Shown: positions 15,240 to 29,699, counted from the whole stretch's first letter. The stretch: DNA of 61,278 nt, filler included, from Bipalium vagum (GCA_037834085.1; 3 parts of 3 records of this genome joined end to end with filler, not necessarily neighbours in it), one strand, 5' to 3'. The notes: a model not told the origin generated them from the sequence alone. Numbers and translations are program-made.

Positions 15240-15960
15240 AGATGCAAAATATCTAAAATGCATGAAAGAACATATGCATTCTAATAATCAGCTGAATGTT
15301 ATTCAAATAAAATGGCAAAAGTTGAAAAAATTAATGACAGGTCGTAACAAATCTTTGATTAACGATGAAAAGTTTTTTACGCAACATGATGCCACAAGCT
15401 TCATCATTAAATCACGGGCGATGGAAAATGGAGTTATTTTAAAAACTTTAAATACAGAAAGAAGTGATTGGCTCCTGATTGCACAACAACACTCATAATT
15501 AAACAAGATCTACATCCCAAGAGAATTGTGATTTCTAATGACATTGGGACAATCTCATAACTGGGAAATGATTCAGAAAAGATAAACAAGCCAATCTTCT
15601 ATATATGAATCGATTGTAATGAGTAAGAAACTTTATGAAAGAGAAAACACAAGAAAACGAGATAAAGTCATTATTCTCCATGATAAGGTGAAATCGTTCA
15701 CAGCAAATATAATCCACTAGCTCGACAGTGACATTCTTTAAAACCTTCAATATCCCCCAGATCTTGCACAAATAGATTTCTATTTTATCTTCTCGTTGTC
15801 TAACCAAGTGAAATGCATTACTTTTAAAAAGGAAGGAGAACTGTAAAGGTATTTAACCAATTCTTTCAATGTATATTTGAAATATTGTGTTTCAGAAAAC
15901 TGGGGGAATGGTAGAAAGTCATTTTATATAATAACGAAAATTACATTATGTATTGATTTT
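15240..15960 (+). mobile_element. Decayed mariner transposase
   Basis: LITGK(W)F near 15553, ILHDK (LLHDNA-like) near 15670, YPPDLA near 15750; heavily disrupted. Confidence 0.55.
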
Positions 15961-16274
15961 GCATTATTATTTGTAAATAAAATATATTTTATTGCTTATA
16001 AATAAATAAATTAATATAATTATTAAAGTTCACGAAAAATTATGATACAACCTAATTTATTAGTTTTATTTGATTAGTAATTTTTATAAACTAATAAAAG
16101 GAAAATACTTATAAGCCTAATAATAGAGTTTTGAAAAGTAAGATAAATACTTAATATTATTTAAGTTATTGATTATAAGAACACTATTTTTCTAAAGATT
16201 AAATTACCGTCTAGAGTGAATATATTTTACTTAACAAGCGTACGATGAAACCAGTTTAAAACCGATATAATATA

Positions 16275-16374
16275 NNNNNNNNNNNNNNNNNNNNNNNNNN
16301 NNNNNNNNNNNNNNNNNNTTAATTAATTAANNNNNNNNNNNNNNNNNNNNNNNNNNNNNNNNNNNNNNNNNNNN
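16275..16374. other. Artificial scaffold linker N44-TTAATTAATTAA-N44
   Basis: Exactly 100 nt, symmetrical, central 12-mer has stops in all six frames; identical copy at 38008-38107. Confidence 0.95.
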
Positions 16375-16425
<51 letters not shown>

Positions 16426-16433
16426 TAATAATA
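16375..16433 (+). repeat. (AAT)n microsatellite at a scaffold end
   Basis: Directly visible run of AAT units. Confidence 0.95.
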
Positions 16434-16899
16434 ACAAATGAAAATTATTAATTTAAAATAATCAAACGAATTTTGTTCATAGAGAATCTTATGAAAATGT
16501 AAAGAATATTCAATATATTAATTATAAAAAATAAACAAAATGAATAATCACAGTAAAACAAAAAATTTTAAAACTTTTCATTATGAATATCATTATTAAA
16601 ATTTATGTAATATTTTCTACATTGTCTATACAATGTAAACAAAGGAATAGAGAACCATTGTTTTTGATAATGTCAAATGTTTCTTCATCAGTTACTGAAA
16701 TGTAATTGCAGTAAGATTAAAAAGGATAAACGTGTAACTTGGGAAAGAACATCAGGGAAAATAAAATGGATTTTGAATTGTACTTGTTTGAATAAATATT
16801 CCTAAGAATTCAGTATAAAATCATTATGTAATTAATTAAAATAATAATATAATAATATTATTAAACTAAATATCAATTAGCATTTATATTTCCATTCTT

Positions 16900-17350
16900 T
16901 TTAATATTAAAAATGATAATCTTGCTCAATAATATTGCTTTTCATCACATATAACAATACAATACAAAAAGAAATCAATCTCATTCTGTGAGAGCAGAGA
17001 AGTATATTCATTAAAAATATTTTGCATTGGAATTTCCATTAATTCATATGTAATCCATCGATTTTTTTGATTTTATTTATCTCACTTAAATGTTCTATCA
17101 TGGTTGGGACAGAAAGATGTAATATTGCTGTTAATTCTGTGATAGATTTGAATGTGTTTTTTTCCATAGCTTTTAATTCGTTTTTTTTACTTTGGTTGCA
17201 GGTCTGCATCTTGGTTAATTTTCCAAGTCTAAATAACCAGATTTGAATTTTGCAAACCAACGATTAATAGTCATATTACTAGGCGCACTACTGTCGAACA
17301 CACGAGGTGTCCTGTACCTCGTATTCCATGAAAATGCGATTTTTTGATTT
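16900..17350 (-). mobile_element. Mariner N-terminal (HTH) relic
   Basis: ELKAMEKNTFKSITELTAILHLSVPTMIEHLSEINKIKKI followed by a WxPxEL-like segment. Confidence 0.6.
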
Positions 17351-19626
17351 TTCCTTTATCTGTAAACCATAAATTACAAAATATTTTTAAAAACATAAAA
17401 TAATATAATTTTCTAAATTGTGTGGTTCTGGTAAAATATTAAAACAAGAATTATTAATTTACAATAAATATTCGCAGAGATAATCAGCTTGAAATATGAC
17501 CACATAAAATATGCATTCATACTTTACTATCAAATAATAACAACGTCTATTAGCAATCGCACATCAGCGTAATATGGAAGATGACAACAAAATTATATCA
17601 GCACAATAATAACAGAAATAATCTTAATAACATAATCTGGATTTTCAATAAAAATTTGTTTTTTGTTTTAAACTACTCAAAATAAATGTGAGCTAAGAAA
17701 TCACCACAAGATGATGTACTAAATTTCTCATAAGAAATAAATAAATTTATTAATAATAATTTTTCATATTTTTATGCCTGTAAAATGTATATAGTTAATA
17801 TGGTTTTTTTTTAAATTTTATTTTATTAACGCTACGATATATTAGAAACCATAAACATTTCACAATATAATCCAACATTTTATTTTACCAACTACAGTAA
17901 CCGATCTGGCAATTGAAAAAGGAATAAAATTGATGGTCGGATTGTTTATTCAAACAAATTATTATTAGGACTAGGATTGAATTCCCAGGAGTCAAAAGAA
18001 GATATATTATTGCACCAATGAGAATACGACATAAAAATTAAAACAAAAAACACAAGAACATTAAAAATACCTCCGTTTTACGGTTTCATTTATATTTGAC
18101 AAATATATACTTTGATATAGAATTAAAATATTAAGAAAAAAACAAAAATAATTGCGTAAATGTGTTATTATAATATCTTCTGTTGGTTTGGAAAGCTCTG
18201 GTGAATATTTGGAATAATTACAGGAAAGAAATGTCTTCCAAGTAGGAAATTTGGGTTGAGAGGTCTTATTTTTACTCAGATTAATTTCGCTGAGAAATGA
18301 TCGATATTTTTTTCTTTTTTCATTCTCCAGAATTTTTTGAGAGCATATTTTCTAAACGTTTTTGTTTGTAAATAAATGATTTCCCCATTTTCCTAAACAA
18401 CCGCAACAGAAATTGTAAAAACAAATAATTAAATTTCTCTTAAAGAAAATAATTAAATTTGTGTGATTTAATTTATCTAATTATTTTTTATTTGTCACTG
18501 AAAATGGGATAGTTTAAAGTAAAAAAATGTTAAATCCTGTTATAGGAGATTTTAATGATTCTTAATTATATTGTATTTTCAATGTCAATTGCTTTTTAAT
18601 TATTTCTAATTATTTTTAATGAAATTCCATCNNNNNNNNNNNNNNNNNNNNNNNNNNNNNNNNNNNNNNNNNNNNNNNNNNNNNNNNNNNNNNNNNNNNN
18701 NNNNNNNNNNNNNNNNNNNNNNNNNNNNNNNNNNNNNNNNNNNNNNNNNNNNNNNNNNNNNNNNNNNNNNNNNNNNNNNNNNNNNNNNNNNNNNNNNNNN
18801 NNNNNNNNNNNNNNNNNNNATTATTATTTATTATTTTTAATAAAATATATTCAGTCTGAATTATTTTTATTTTAACAAATGTAATTTAACCAACTATAAT
18901 TAGTATATTTATTTTACATTTTAAAGTATTTTTTTAAACATTTTTTATTAAATTCTATTTAAAAAAATTCTCAGTTTATTTAATTCTTTTTAATTTTATG
19001 TTATAAAATTTGAATTAATTTTAATTATTAAATTTTATTAATTAATTATTTTATTTTTTATTTGTTAAATTTATATTATCATGTTTTATTTGAAAAATAT
19101 ATATTAAACTTTATTTTTTAAAGCAATTTAATTTTAGAAATTATAAAAATATAATTACTGACTGGCTCGATTAAAAATTATATTAATTACGAAGCGATTG
19201 CTATTTTACATTATATTTTCAAAGGATTTTAATTTTTCTTTTTTCTCTTTCATTATTTAATCATTGAACAGTGATAGTTTACAAGTACTAGGATTTTTCA
19301 TTAATAAATAATCAATCAAATACTGGTTCTATCGGTTTGTTTAAATTCATTAAAAACACCGATAATCAATAACATAAAATTTGAAAAATATATATTCAGT
19401 TTCGTTGAATATTAAGTTAGTATTGTATCGTAACTCCAATATAAAATTATAAAAGAAATCATTATTAAAAAAGATTAATAATATTAAATTTAATTGATAA
19501 CACTTAATAGTTAAGAAATCCTTGGAATTCTTTAATTAAATTAGTAAATACTGAAATGAAACAAATTTTAAAAGGATAGTGATGAAACCTAATCTCAATA
19601 ATTTTTAATATTTTATTTATTAAAAG

Positions 19627-22600
19627 GTAGAAATCAGAGCCCAAGATCACGGTCTACCAGCCTATACAACCACGGTCCAAGTAAACATCACAATTGGAGA
19701 CAAAAATGACAACCCACCACAATTAATCTCTCAGACGGAGTTTGGTCTGGAAGAAAACAGGAAGCCATCACTAGGCCCCGTTGGTCAACTGAAAGCCTCC
19801 GATGAAGATATTGGATTAAATGGAGAAATCATATTTCAACATATGTGGCCAAACGATGGGAATTTTGAACTAACTTCAAACGGTACCATATTTCCCAAGG
19901 TTGAGTTCGATAGGGAGAAAGAGGTATTTTATTCTGTAATTCTGATATATTATTTATTTTATTATTGAAATTTATTTTAATTTTTTAAGTATTTATGAAA
20001 TCATTTTTTATAAATATATTACATTATTCTTATGAAATATAAATGAATTAATATTTATTTTTAAAATATTTAATTTATTGTCATAAAAAAATCTAATAAG
20101 CAATAATAATATAATATAATATATTTTTAAAAATTAATTTGAAGTTAGAATGATTTTCTTTGAATAAATAAATAAAATTATTTATATTTAATTAATAATT
20201 AATCAATAAATATGTTAAATTTACTATCGATAAATTAATAATTGTAATGAATTAAATGATTATAATTCTAAAACAATTTTTTATATTAAATTAAATTATT
20301 ACGAAAATGACATAAATAATTAAGCTCTTTAAGTAGAAAATATAGAGAGGATTAAGTTAATTGACTTGGATTATAATCGGATAAAAAATGAAGGAGAAAC
20401 GATCCAGTAAATGTTTTCAAGTAATAATATAATATATATAATATAAAAGGTGAAATTGAATATGGTTACAAGTAATCTTTTACTAAAAAAATATTTTTAA
20501 CAAGATTAAAACAAAATATAGGTAGAATGAAAACGTTGTCACCGATATGGAAGAGGAAAAATCTTTCCTCAAGCTATTGTTAAATTCATGTTGGAAAAAT
20601 AATCAGAAAAGTCTTTCTCTTTCATTTAAAATAAAATAAAATAAACTTAATTATTTAAATTATTTCTAAAGTCTCCCTAAAGTCATCTTAATAGTGACAA
20701 TGGAAGAAGAGAACAATGAAAGTTAATCTTTATTTATTTTCTATGCATCATCACTTCATAAATATTTTCCTTTCCCTATAGAAACCGTTGAAATATCTTT
20801 ACTTTGCCATCGACCTCATTATCTTTATACCAAAGCGTCTATCAGCATCGTACATTTCCTTAGCAACCGCATTGGTTGTAGTAAAACAAAAATGTTTCTA
20901 TGCAAATTCCAACGGTTGTATGAAAGTCTTGGTACGATGTGAAAAGTAGAAATTTCTTCCATTTCCTCAACTATTTATAACTTTATCTAATGCAAAGAAT
21001 TTTGCTTCAGCATTGTGGTTTTTTGTTTTAAAAACATTAAAATGCACTGCGAACCGTTTTCTCAAAAGGTCAAGGGTTGGAAAAATTTGTTGGCAAATAT
21101 TTTAGTATGAATTTAGAGGTCATTCAACTAATGTAGGTGTTATCGATACTGAGATCATGTCTAAAAGTGCAAATCCATAGAAAGATGAGTATTGTTTAAT
21201 AATTTTAAAGAAAAAGTTTTTTAAAAAAAATCAGACAAATTACAAAACTCAGAAGAAAAATAATAAAAAGATTCAATAATTTCGTCTTGATGAAACATAA
21301 CTATCGAATTTTTGTTGCTGCTCTTAAATTCATATGGAAATCAAAAATGATGTCTAAATATGTTTTTTTTTATTTATTTTTTTTTATTTTATATTTTTAC
21401 AAATATCGATTTTGAAAATTCCGCTGAAATAATTTTTTTTATAAAAATATGCATCATATTTTACAAAATGGTTTCATGATTGTGTTCCAATTTTATATTT
21501 CTGTAGAAATGCCAAAATTGATTATTTTCTAACTTTCCAAATATTATAATATCAAATTTCCTCCTTTTTATGCCTGTATTTTGTTTCCGAACGCTGTTTG
21601 AATTTATTACTAAATTAAAAATTTGTTTTAATATTGTTTTTATGAATCACAACAGTGAGATCTTTGGAACAATATTCAGTTTTGCTTACAAGAATATTTC
21701 CAAATATTCTAAGATGTTTTTCAACGTTATATTTATTGAAATTTAAATAATTTTTTTTTAGAAATCAATGGTCTTCATTAGAATTGGTGAAAAAATTAAA
21801 ATAATGTTTTTTACCTAAGAGTAACAATGTTTTTTTAGGAAATACAGAAATACCCTTGTGTTTTTTTAACTACAAAATTACTTGTGTGGTTTTTATGCCC
21901 TAGAATAAAAAACGAATGTCCATAATAAAAAGAAAGATAAAATTTACAACCAGCAATTATATTTTTATTAACAAATTCATCGTTTTTTGAAAGATTTTAT
22001 GGTATTGTAACCACATAAATTTTGAAGAGTCATCTCTGATGTGATTTTCTTCTCCATGTATAGCCTATCTTTTATGTTGTTTTTGCAGCTTTCGAAGTTC
22101 GGAGTTTGGATATTGTGGTCATAATCAACAAACTAATATTTATGACAAACCGATTCATGTATACATGTTTTGTTTAATATACTCTTGCTTCATGGGTGTA
22201 TACTAAGGTTTATACTAAGGCCCAGCATTGCTTAGATGGTCACCTTACTCGATGAGTTTTAGCCTTGTGGTTGATTATCGTTTCGTCAAATGAACGATTT
22301 TATTTTTTATAATCTCTATTAGTCTGGCTTGAAATTTGAAAAGAACTGACTTATAAATGTACATATGAAATAATTTTTATATGAAAACATATTTTATGAT
22401 ATCGCATTGTTCAGTACCATTATTGAATGAACCATATTGAATTTCTAGTCGTTCGGTTTATAATTTCATCGTACTGGTTTCACATATTGATTTATTGTAT
22501 AAAATAATCGTAGTATAAGTTCAATTTATTCACTCTGTGACAAATGACCTATTATTTTCCCATGACTGAAAAATGACCTGCTAATCAGCTAATACAATGG

Positions 22601-25600
22601 TAAACATTCGTTTAGACGCAATTAAAATAATTCAAATTTCTTAAGATATAAAGTATATTATAATTAAATTTTAATTCATCACAAAGATCTTAAATTAATA
22701 GATGCATATTAAATGTTTTTGTTATAAGTTTCGTAAAATAAAATCGTAATCATTTGATAAAATTAAATTTAGCAACAAAATTGTGAAACATTCGTTTAGA
22801 CGCAGTTCTATTAAAACTGTTGCATTAATCAGAATTTATTTCACTTTGTTTAAATAATCATTATAATTTAATTTTGAACTATGTAAATTTGTATTATTTG
22901 AAAAATAATTAATTTTACTTCAAATCTTTTCAGTATATTATCAATGCCAAAAGGTACTCATCTCAGTTTAGAAGAACAGATAAAAATACAAATTTACAAG
23001 GAAGATAATCTTTCAAATAGGATTATAGATTCGAAAATTGGTAGGTCGGAAAAATCTAAAAGAACTTTTGCGATGAAAGGTGATAAATATGGAATCAAAA
23101 AGAAAACAATAGGAAATACAAAGTTATCGACGCGGAACAAGAATCAATCTAAAACCATTTGACTAGTAAACAAATTATACGAAAACTAGATCTGCCAGTC
23201 AGTCCACAGCATGTCGCTCTTGTGTTAATGTCTGAACCCAATATTAAATGGAAGAAAATGAAGTCTAAACCAAGACTTAATTCAATCCATATTCAAAAGC
23301 GATTACACTTGGTGGAGTCGAAATTTTGGTGGGGGCACTGTTATGGTTTTGGGTGCTTTTAGTACTTATAGCAAGTTAACCCTGTACTTTATGTCAACAA
23401 GAACAACTTCACATTCATATACGGAATTGTTAGAAGATGTTCTGATTCCATACATGGAGGAGAATTCGGAGATTAGTTTTCAGTACCAGCAGGATAACCC
23501 TCCTATCCATGTTTCTAAGATATCAAAATCATGGTTTTCCTCAAAAGAAATTGACTTAATTGACTGGCCAAGTTTCAGTCCAGATTTAAACCCCATGGAA
23601 AATCTTTGAGGCATATTAGCTTCCAAAGTTTATGCTAATGGAAGGCAATTTCAGAGTATTTTTGATTTCCAAAGACATATAAGGAGTGCTGGAGTAATAT
23701 TGACAATTCAGCATTGAAAAATTTAGCTATGTCAATACCAAAAAGAATTTTTAATTTGATTAAAGTACAAGGAAAAAATATACCTTTTTAAACAGGCTTT
23801 AATCGTATTTATAATTTTTTTTTATTAATAAAACATCATTGCGTCTAAACGAATGTTTCGACTTTTCTGTGAATTTTTTTACATTTTTAAATCTATATTA
23901 AGCCATATTGAGTAATTTATTATAAAAAGGGTTTTCTGGGTTAGTTTATTAATGGTAAGTTAATATAAATCAATTTTATATTTATTAATTACAGAGGACA
24001 TGAAATATATGCAATTATTCATGTGCGTCTGAACGAATGTTTTTCACTATATGTACAATTTGACCTGCAATATTGCAATAGGTAAAAAACATTGTCCAAA
24101 ACTTGCAGTGTGCCTAACTTTTTAAATAAAATTGTGTTTCTGCTTGTCTTACGGTACTAGTACACTGAAATTAAAAAAATATTTTGCAAATTTAAAAAAG
24201 ATTTTTCAATAATAATAACATTTTTATAACAATTTGTACAAAATTGAAACAATGACTTTTACTAAAGAACTCTAGCGAAAAGAAATCGGTATTATTTAAT
24301 TATTAAAATCATTAGCTTAAACAAATTATTCTTTTTAATATTAAAACTTTTTTTAAAATTGGAATTTTCTTAGAATAATAACAAAGGTGATTTTAATATT
24401 TTCAATAATAATAAAATAATTCAGGATCGTTATTATCTCCGAATCAAAATTAGCGATATGGGAATTGAAAATCCGCAACACACTATAGTTGCGATCTGTA
24501 TACGGATCCTTGATCAAAATGATAATTCTCCAATTTTTATTGAGCCAATAAACTTGTTGTCAAGAGGTTTGTCTTTATTCTTAGTCAGTAATTTTTGATA
24601 TTGAATTAATTAATTAATTTAATCCTTACAATTTTAATTCAAACATCTCCGTTGAGCCAATGAAAATTGGTTAGGGTAGGTCAACTAGCTTTTCACAAAC
24701 TAACACATTAACTCCAATAAAAAGTAAGTATAGCAGGATAAAAAAGGTTGTGCTTTATCAACTGTCTATTTATGATCTCATAAACAATGAATCAATTGAA
24801 ATATTTTTAAAAAATTTTTAAGTTGCTTCAAAAATCGATTTTATCATGATATTTAATTATCGACTAAAATTCTTATCGAATAATGGCAGTCTAGATAGAC
24901 TATTAGTTGAGCAACGAATCTTCACCTAATGGTGTTGATTTCTTATTTTGATCAAGAAAAAATACTTTATATGATATCCATGTGGACGGAGACGATTGTC
25001 ACTAAGTATTTACTTAACAGTTAATATTATTGTTATTATAAAGTTCCTGATAAATTGCAAGACTTAAAAAACCTTTTATTAATAATATAATTATTATCCT
25101 AATAAACTGAACAGTTAACATAGTTATTGATCTTATTTATTATGATTTATTTAATTTATTAAAACTAATATATATTTTTTTACTATTATTAATTTATAAA
25201 CAACTCTTAAACACATTTATAAAAAAATTAACTTACTGAAAACAAATACAGATTTAGATTCTTTTTATAATCCATTTCTATCTTATGATTTTTCCTGTCT
25301 GTTAATTCTCTAATGATTGATACATCATTATTGATTTTCGAACGTAATGCATAGTTTTCAAAATATATATAAAGGCTTGCTTTCGAAATAGAAAGTTCAA
25401 AATCAATAAATAATAATAATAATAATAATAAAAATAATAATAATAAAAATAAAAATAATAATAATATGACAATTATGATACCGGTTCAAAGTTTGTAAAG
25501 ATCAATTATTTCTAAAAAAATTATTTATGTTAAATAGGGAAAAAAGTTGAAACCAAAAGGTCTTCTCTGAAATATCAAACAATTTTGATGAGAAACTCGA

Positions 25601-28327
25601 AAAATTTCTAAAGATTGACTGTTACAATCGATGAAACATGATCAAAAGCCAAAGATCAAAGAAATTTACATGTAGAAAAAACGCATAACTTCCACTGAAA
25701 AATATTTCCTAACGTTGCTGAGGTTTTTGTACTTGACTGGTATAATTGATTCAGGAAACCGTCCTTACAACATAATACTACATTCAGCGAAAAAATTCTT
25801 TATTCTTAAGTTTTTTATTCGCAAAGTGTTTCTTGATTTATCATTTAAAAATTAAGAACCAGATTAAAAACAAGACCGTATGAGCTTCAAACGTTGCATG
25901 AAACCCATTAGACCAGGCATTTCAAACATGCGGCCCATTACAAGTTGACTTGAGCCCCACCGTAAAGATTTAATTTGACGATTTCAAACAACTTTGAAAA
26001 AGTCAGAGAGAAAAAGTAAAAGATCAGAAAAAAATGCGTTTCCTTCCATATAGGCATTATATCTTGGAAAAGCTTGCCTAATATTGCCACCTCTAAAGGA
26101 AATCTTACCTTTTTAAAGTCTTAAGTGAACAAAATCAAAAATAATTTGTTGCACATTGTAACACTGATCTAAATGTAGAAGGTAGCCATTTAAAATTTTA
26201 AGTCTATTCAAATGATTGACCTCATTTTAAAAATGCGATCTTTTTAGTCATTTTTGATTCACTTAAACAAATATGTTGAAATAAATGAATTTATTTTGAA
26301 TAAACTAAGCTAATTTAAGATTAAAATATGTTTATGACGTTTTGTGATTTCAGTACTAACGGTCATTTGCCGCAACATTGAAAATAAATGATGATCAACA
26401 ATCGATCAATAATTAATCTTTTAAATATTTTTAATCTATTTTTCTTAAAATAAATTAAATATTATTAATTGATTGAAATTACTTTGATTTACGAAAATAT
26501 AATTTCAATCAATTAATTGATATCTAAGTAATTAAAAGTAAAACGTTATCTTAAAAGTCAAAAGAAAACTTAAGCTCATAATTTTAATGGGAACAGTTAA
26601 AAATCAATTCAAAAAAGCCGCTTTTTAATTATTGATTATTTTGAATTTTAAAACATCAAAAATATAAAATAGTAAAAATAATTAAATTCCATATTTATTT
26701 CAGACAACATTGTCGGTCGGACAAATGCTCCCACAATACCCATTGATTTATCGATCCATGAGATACCAGGCGAATTGATTGTAAAAGTCAAAGCAGTTGA
26801 TCCAGACTACGATAGAAATGGGAAAATTACTTATTCATTGAAAATTCCTTTGGGCCTCCCAAAACTGTTTGAGATAGATCGTGATGAAGGAGACGTTAAA
26901 GTGTCACAAACATTAACTAGAAACGATATTGGATTTTACATGGTTCATATAATAGCATCTGATAATGGTTCCCCTCCATTGAGTGAAATAAAAGTACAAC
27001 ATTCTCTGATGAATTTAAGAAGCAATTTTCATTAACTTCTTTATATACTTACCGAAAAAAAAAAATAATATCAATTTTAAATTATTTTCTCTCAAGTTAT
27101 TGTGAAAGACCTAGAAATTTGAAAAAGTACAAGGTTAATTGAACAGTTCGTTGAACGAAAATAAAATAATCATGTTTATTGTTACACAAATATTTATTCA
27201 TCAAAATATTCTCCCCATTTCTCAATACATTTTAGTCATGTGACGTGATGAATCATCCTTTTAATTCTTTTAATGATGTTAAAAATTAATGTCAGCTGCA
27301 CTTGTATTACTTTTTTATTTATTATTTATAATTTAATTAATCAATTTTATTTTAAATCAATATTTGGAAATTGATTCAATTTTTTATGATACAGAAATCA
27401 CCGCGCCAATTATAAATCTTCATTCTCGCTTTTTATTTATTATTATTATTAATTTTATTTATAATTTTTCTTTTCTTTAGAAATTTCTTCGGAGATTCTT
27501 GTTAAAATTTTTGTTCTCAATTTTTATTTTTATGATTTTAAAAAAAATTGTACCCATTTTTTTTCTGATAATGATAAAAAACATAATTTGCAAAAATTCA
27601 ACTTTTGAAAAATCGCATTTTTATAAGGCGATTATTAAACTTAAGCTTTTTCAAGGTGTTACCAATTAATATAGTTGATAAGCCATCTGGGCTCGGAAAA
27701 GATCGGGGGAAAGAGAGCTCATTCAAAAACTGGTCAGTTTTTGGAACAGCAAATAACATTCTCATTGTCATTGCCCTGTCCGGAATTAGTGCAGTGCTTG
27801 TTATCGTTTTAATAACGGCTATATCATGTATGTTAAGTCCTTGTGGATCACAAAACAGAGGTCAGAGGTAAGCATAGAAAAAATAGGTAATAATATTATT
27901 TTTATTGGTTTTTAGGTTCGAATCTTCCTTTGACAATCAGATCAAGAATTTAGACCAGTTAAATGAGTTTGAAATGCTATCGACAATAGATAAGCAATAT
28001 GGAAACTTCCATCATAATATTACTGAGGATCATGAAAACCGAAATCTAATTCTTTCTACCAGTTTATACGAACAACCGACATGTAGAATGTATTCCTCTC
28101 CATCCCTGAAAGAAAGAAATTATCAGATTTGGTCAAGCACAGATGTAATTTCTCTTTAGAAAATTGTCCTTTTATTTATTTATTACCCATTTTATTTTAT
28201 CTGAAAGTTACTCATTGAATGTATCAATTTCTCCTTTCAACATTTTACCGTTTTGCAGGCCATAACATGCTCTTTTACAAATAACGAATTTCCTGCACCG
28301 CTTCAGCAACTTTTTGATCTCGATTAA
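19627..28327 (+). CDS. Protocadherin/cadherin-like gene, 3' part. Exons 19627-19923, 24425-24566, 26704-26993, 27656-27867, 27916-28144, 28259-28327
   Basis: Cadherin motifs AQDHGLP, DKNDNPP, ASDEDIGLNG, FDRE, DQNDNSP, AVDPDYDRNG, ASDNGSPPLS; TM segment ILIVIALSGISAVLVIVLITAISCML; all introns GT-AG with consistent phases; TAA at 28325-28327 followed by AATAAA. The last exon is less certain (read-through stop at 28159 is an alternative). Confidence 0.9.
22595..24049 (+). mobile_element. Tc1-family transposon with IR/DR ends and a defective transposase (22944 to about 23790), in a protocadherin intron
   Basis: AAACATTCGTTTAGACGCA at about 22602 and 22786, inverted at about 23840 and 24024; TA on both flanks; MPKGTHLS HTH start, QQDNPPIH, WPSFSPDLNPMENL. 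Confidence 0.9.
25914..25938 (+). mobile_element. hAT-like (Charlie-type) terminal sequence
   Basis: CAGGCATTTCAAACATGCGGCCC resembles CAGG..TCAAAC.TGCGGCCC hAT termini; partner end not found. Confidence 0.35.
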
Positions 28328-28360
28328 AATAAAATATTAAATAAGTAACGGAAATGGTGT

Positions 28361-28723
28361 TCATATCCCTTTTATATTCCCAAAATTTGACAAATAATTT
28401 GTCCTTGTTAAGGTGATAGTCATCTTATCGACATTGTACATCGGAAATACATGCCTTGCCGTCACCACATTTAACTTGCGAAAATTCAAATATTTATGGA
28501 TATCTTTCTTCTCCTTCTTCCAAGGGCAACGATGTGTTTCAAAGCGAATTACATTTCTTAATAGCCCCATTTTTGTACAGGTACTTGACAATCTCTCGTA
28601 CCTTTTCCCTAAATTCATCAGCTGTCTAAATGGTTTAAAATTAATTTGTTCTTCTGTTTTCTGAATATGATGTTTCGTTAGGTAGGCACAACCGATATCA
28701 TACATATTGAACATCCAAGTTGT
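28361..28723 (-). CDS. Terminal exon of an unidentified gene (possibly divergent Mab-21/cGAS-like C-terminal helical region)
   Basis: 120 open codons in very AT-rich DNA, starting exactly at an AACAG| acceptor that is preceded by in-frame stops. Product call is weak. Confidence 0.5.
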   Translation of the reverse strand, partial: TTWMFNMYDIGCAYLTKHHIQKTEEQINFKPFRQLMNLGKRYERLSSTCTKMGLLRNVIRFETHRCPWKKEKKDIHKYLNFRKLNVVTARHVFPMYNVDKMTITLTRTNYLSNFGNIKGI

Positions 28724-28983
28724 CTGTTATTATTAAAATGAATAAAAATGTTACCTAAAAATGTAATAGACACTAAAATCTTTTAACTTATAAAAATTTG
28801 AAAATTGTTAACGTAAGTGTAAAGTCCATAGTTTAAAAAAATCATCCAAAGTAATTTTTCGAACCACTCCTTATAATGATCATTTTGACAGTGTATTTCA
28901 AACCTGTCAAAGTTAAATAAAATAAAATGACAATGAAATCCGCTGTTGTTTTATAGAACAAAAATAAACGTTCTTCTAATATA

Positions 28984-29432
28984 TACAGGGTGTGTCAGCA
29001 AAATCTGGACAAAGTTAATTGAAATGTATATTTATGCTTGTATAATATAATTATCCGAGTTAATATTTGTTTAAACATGCTATATTTGTCTGTAAATTGC
29101 GCACAAATTTCAAAATGGCAAGTTTACAAAAATCAGGCTTGGATTATTATCGAAGAATCGAGATTCTCAAAATTCTTAGCTCTGGAAGAACGCCGGCTGA
29201 AATAATTAATTTCTTTGGGTACCCAAGATCGACAGTTTACGATGTCGCACGAAGATATAGGAGATCGGAGATGTCTGAAGGAACCTCTAGTACACATAAA
29301 AGAAAAATACATGATAAAGAAAGGAAAATATGGACCACGGAAGTTGTTCAAAGAGCTCAACAGCTAATAATGGAAGATCCTGGGACATCGCTTCGAAAAT
29401 TGACAACAACTTTGAGAATGTTAAGGAAATGA
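28984..29432 (+). mobile_element. Truncated Tc1/mariner-superfamily element (maT/DD37D-like), TIR plus HTH region
   Basis: TA-CAGGGTGTGTC terminus at 28984; RRIEIL..GRTPAEII..FGYPRSTVYDV and EDPGTSLRKL bipartite HTH. Confidence 0.75.
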
Positions 29433-29699
29433 AGAAGAAATTTCCAGATGTTTGATATTATTTATGTTTTAATCAACAATAATTTTTCGTTTTTACTTCA
29501 CCAAAAATATGTAACCTTAGAGTCATATTTAAAGATATTAATTAATATTTTGTGATTAATTTGTTTATGGATACGTAATAAATGAAAAGAAAAATAAAAT
29601 TTCTGTTAAAATTTCGTATGACACTCAAAATTTTAATTTTAAAGGATATCATTAAAACAAAAAGTAATTTTAAAAATTTTGGTTATTTCTTGGTTATTA

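Noticed and set aside
16319-16330. TTAATTAATTAA as a biological palindrome or piggyBac site
   Set aside because: Sits centrally in symmetric N runs twice; artificial linker.
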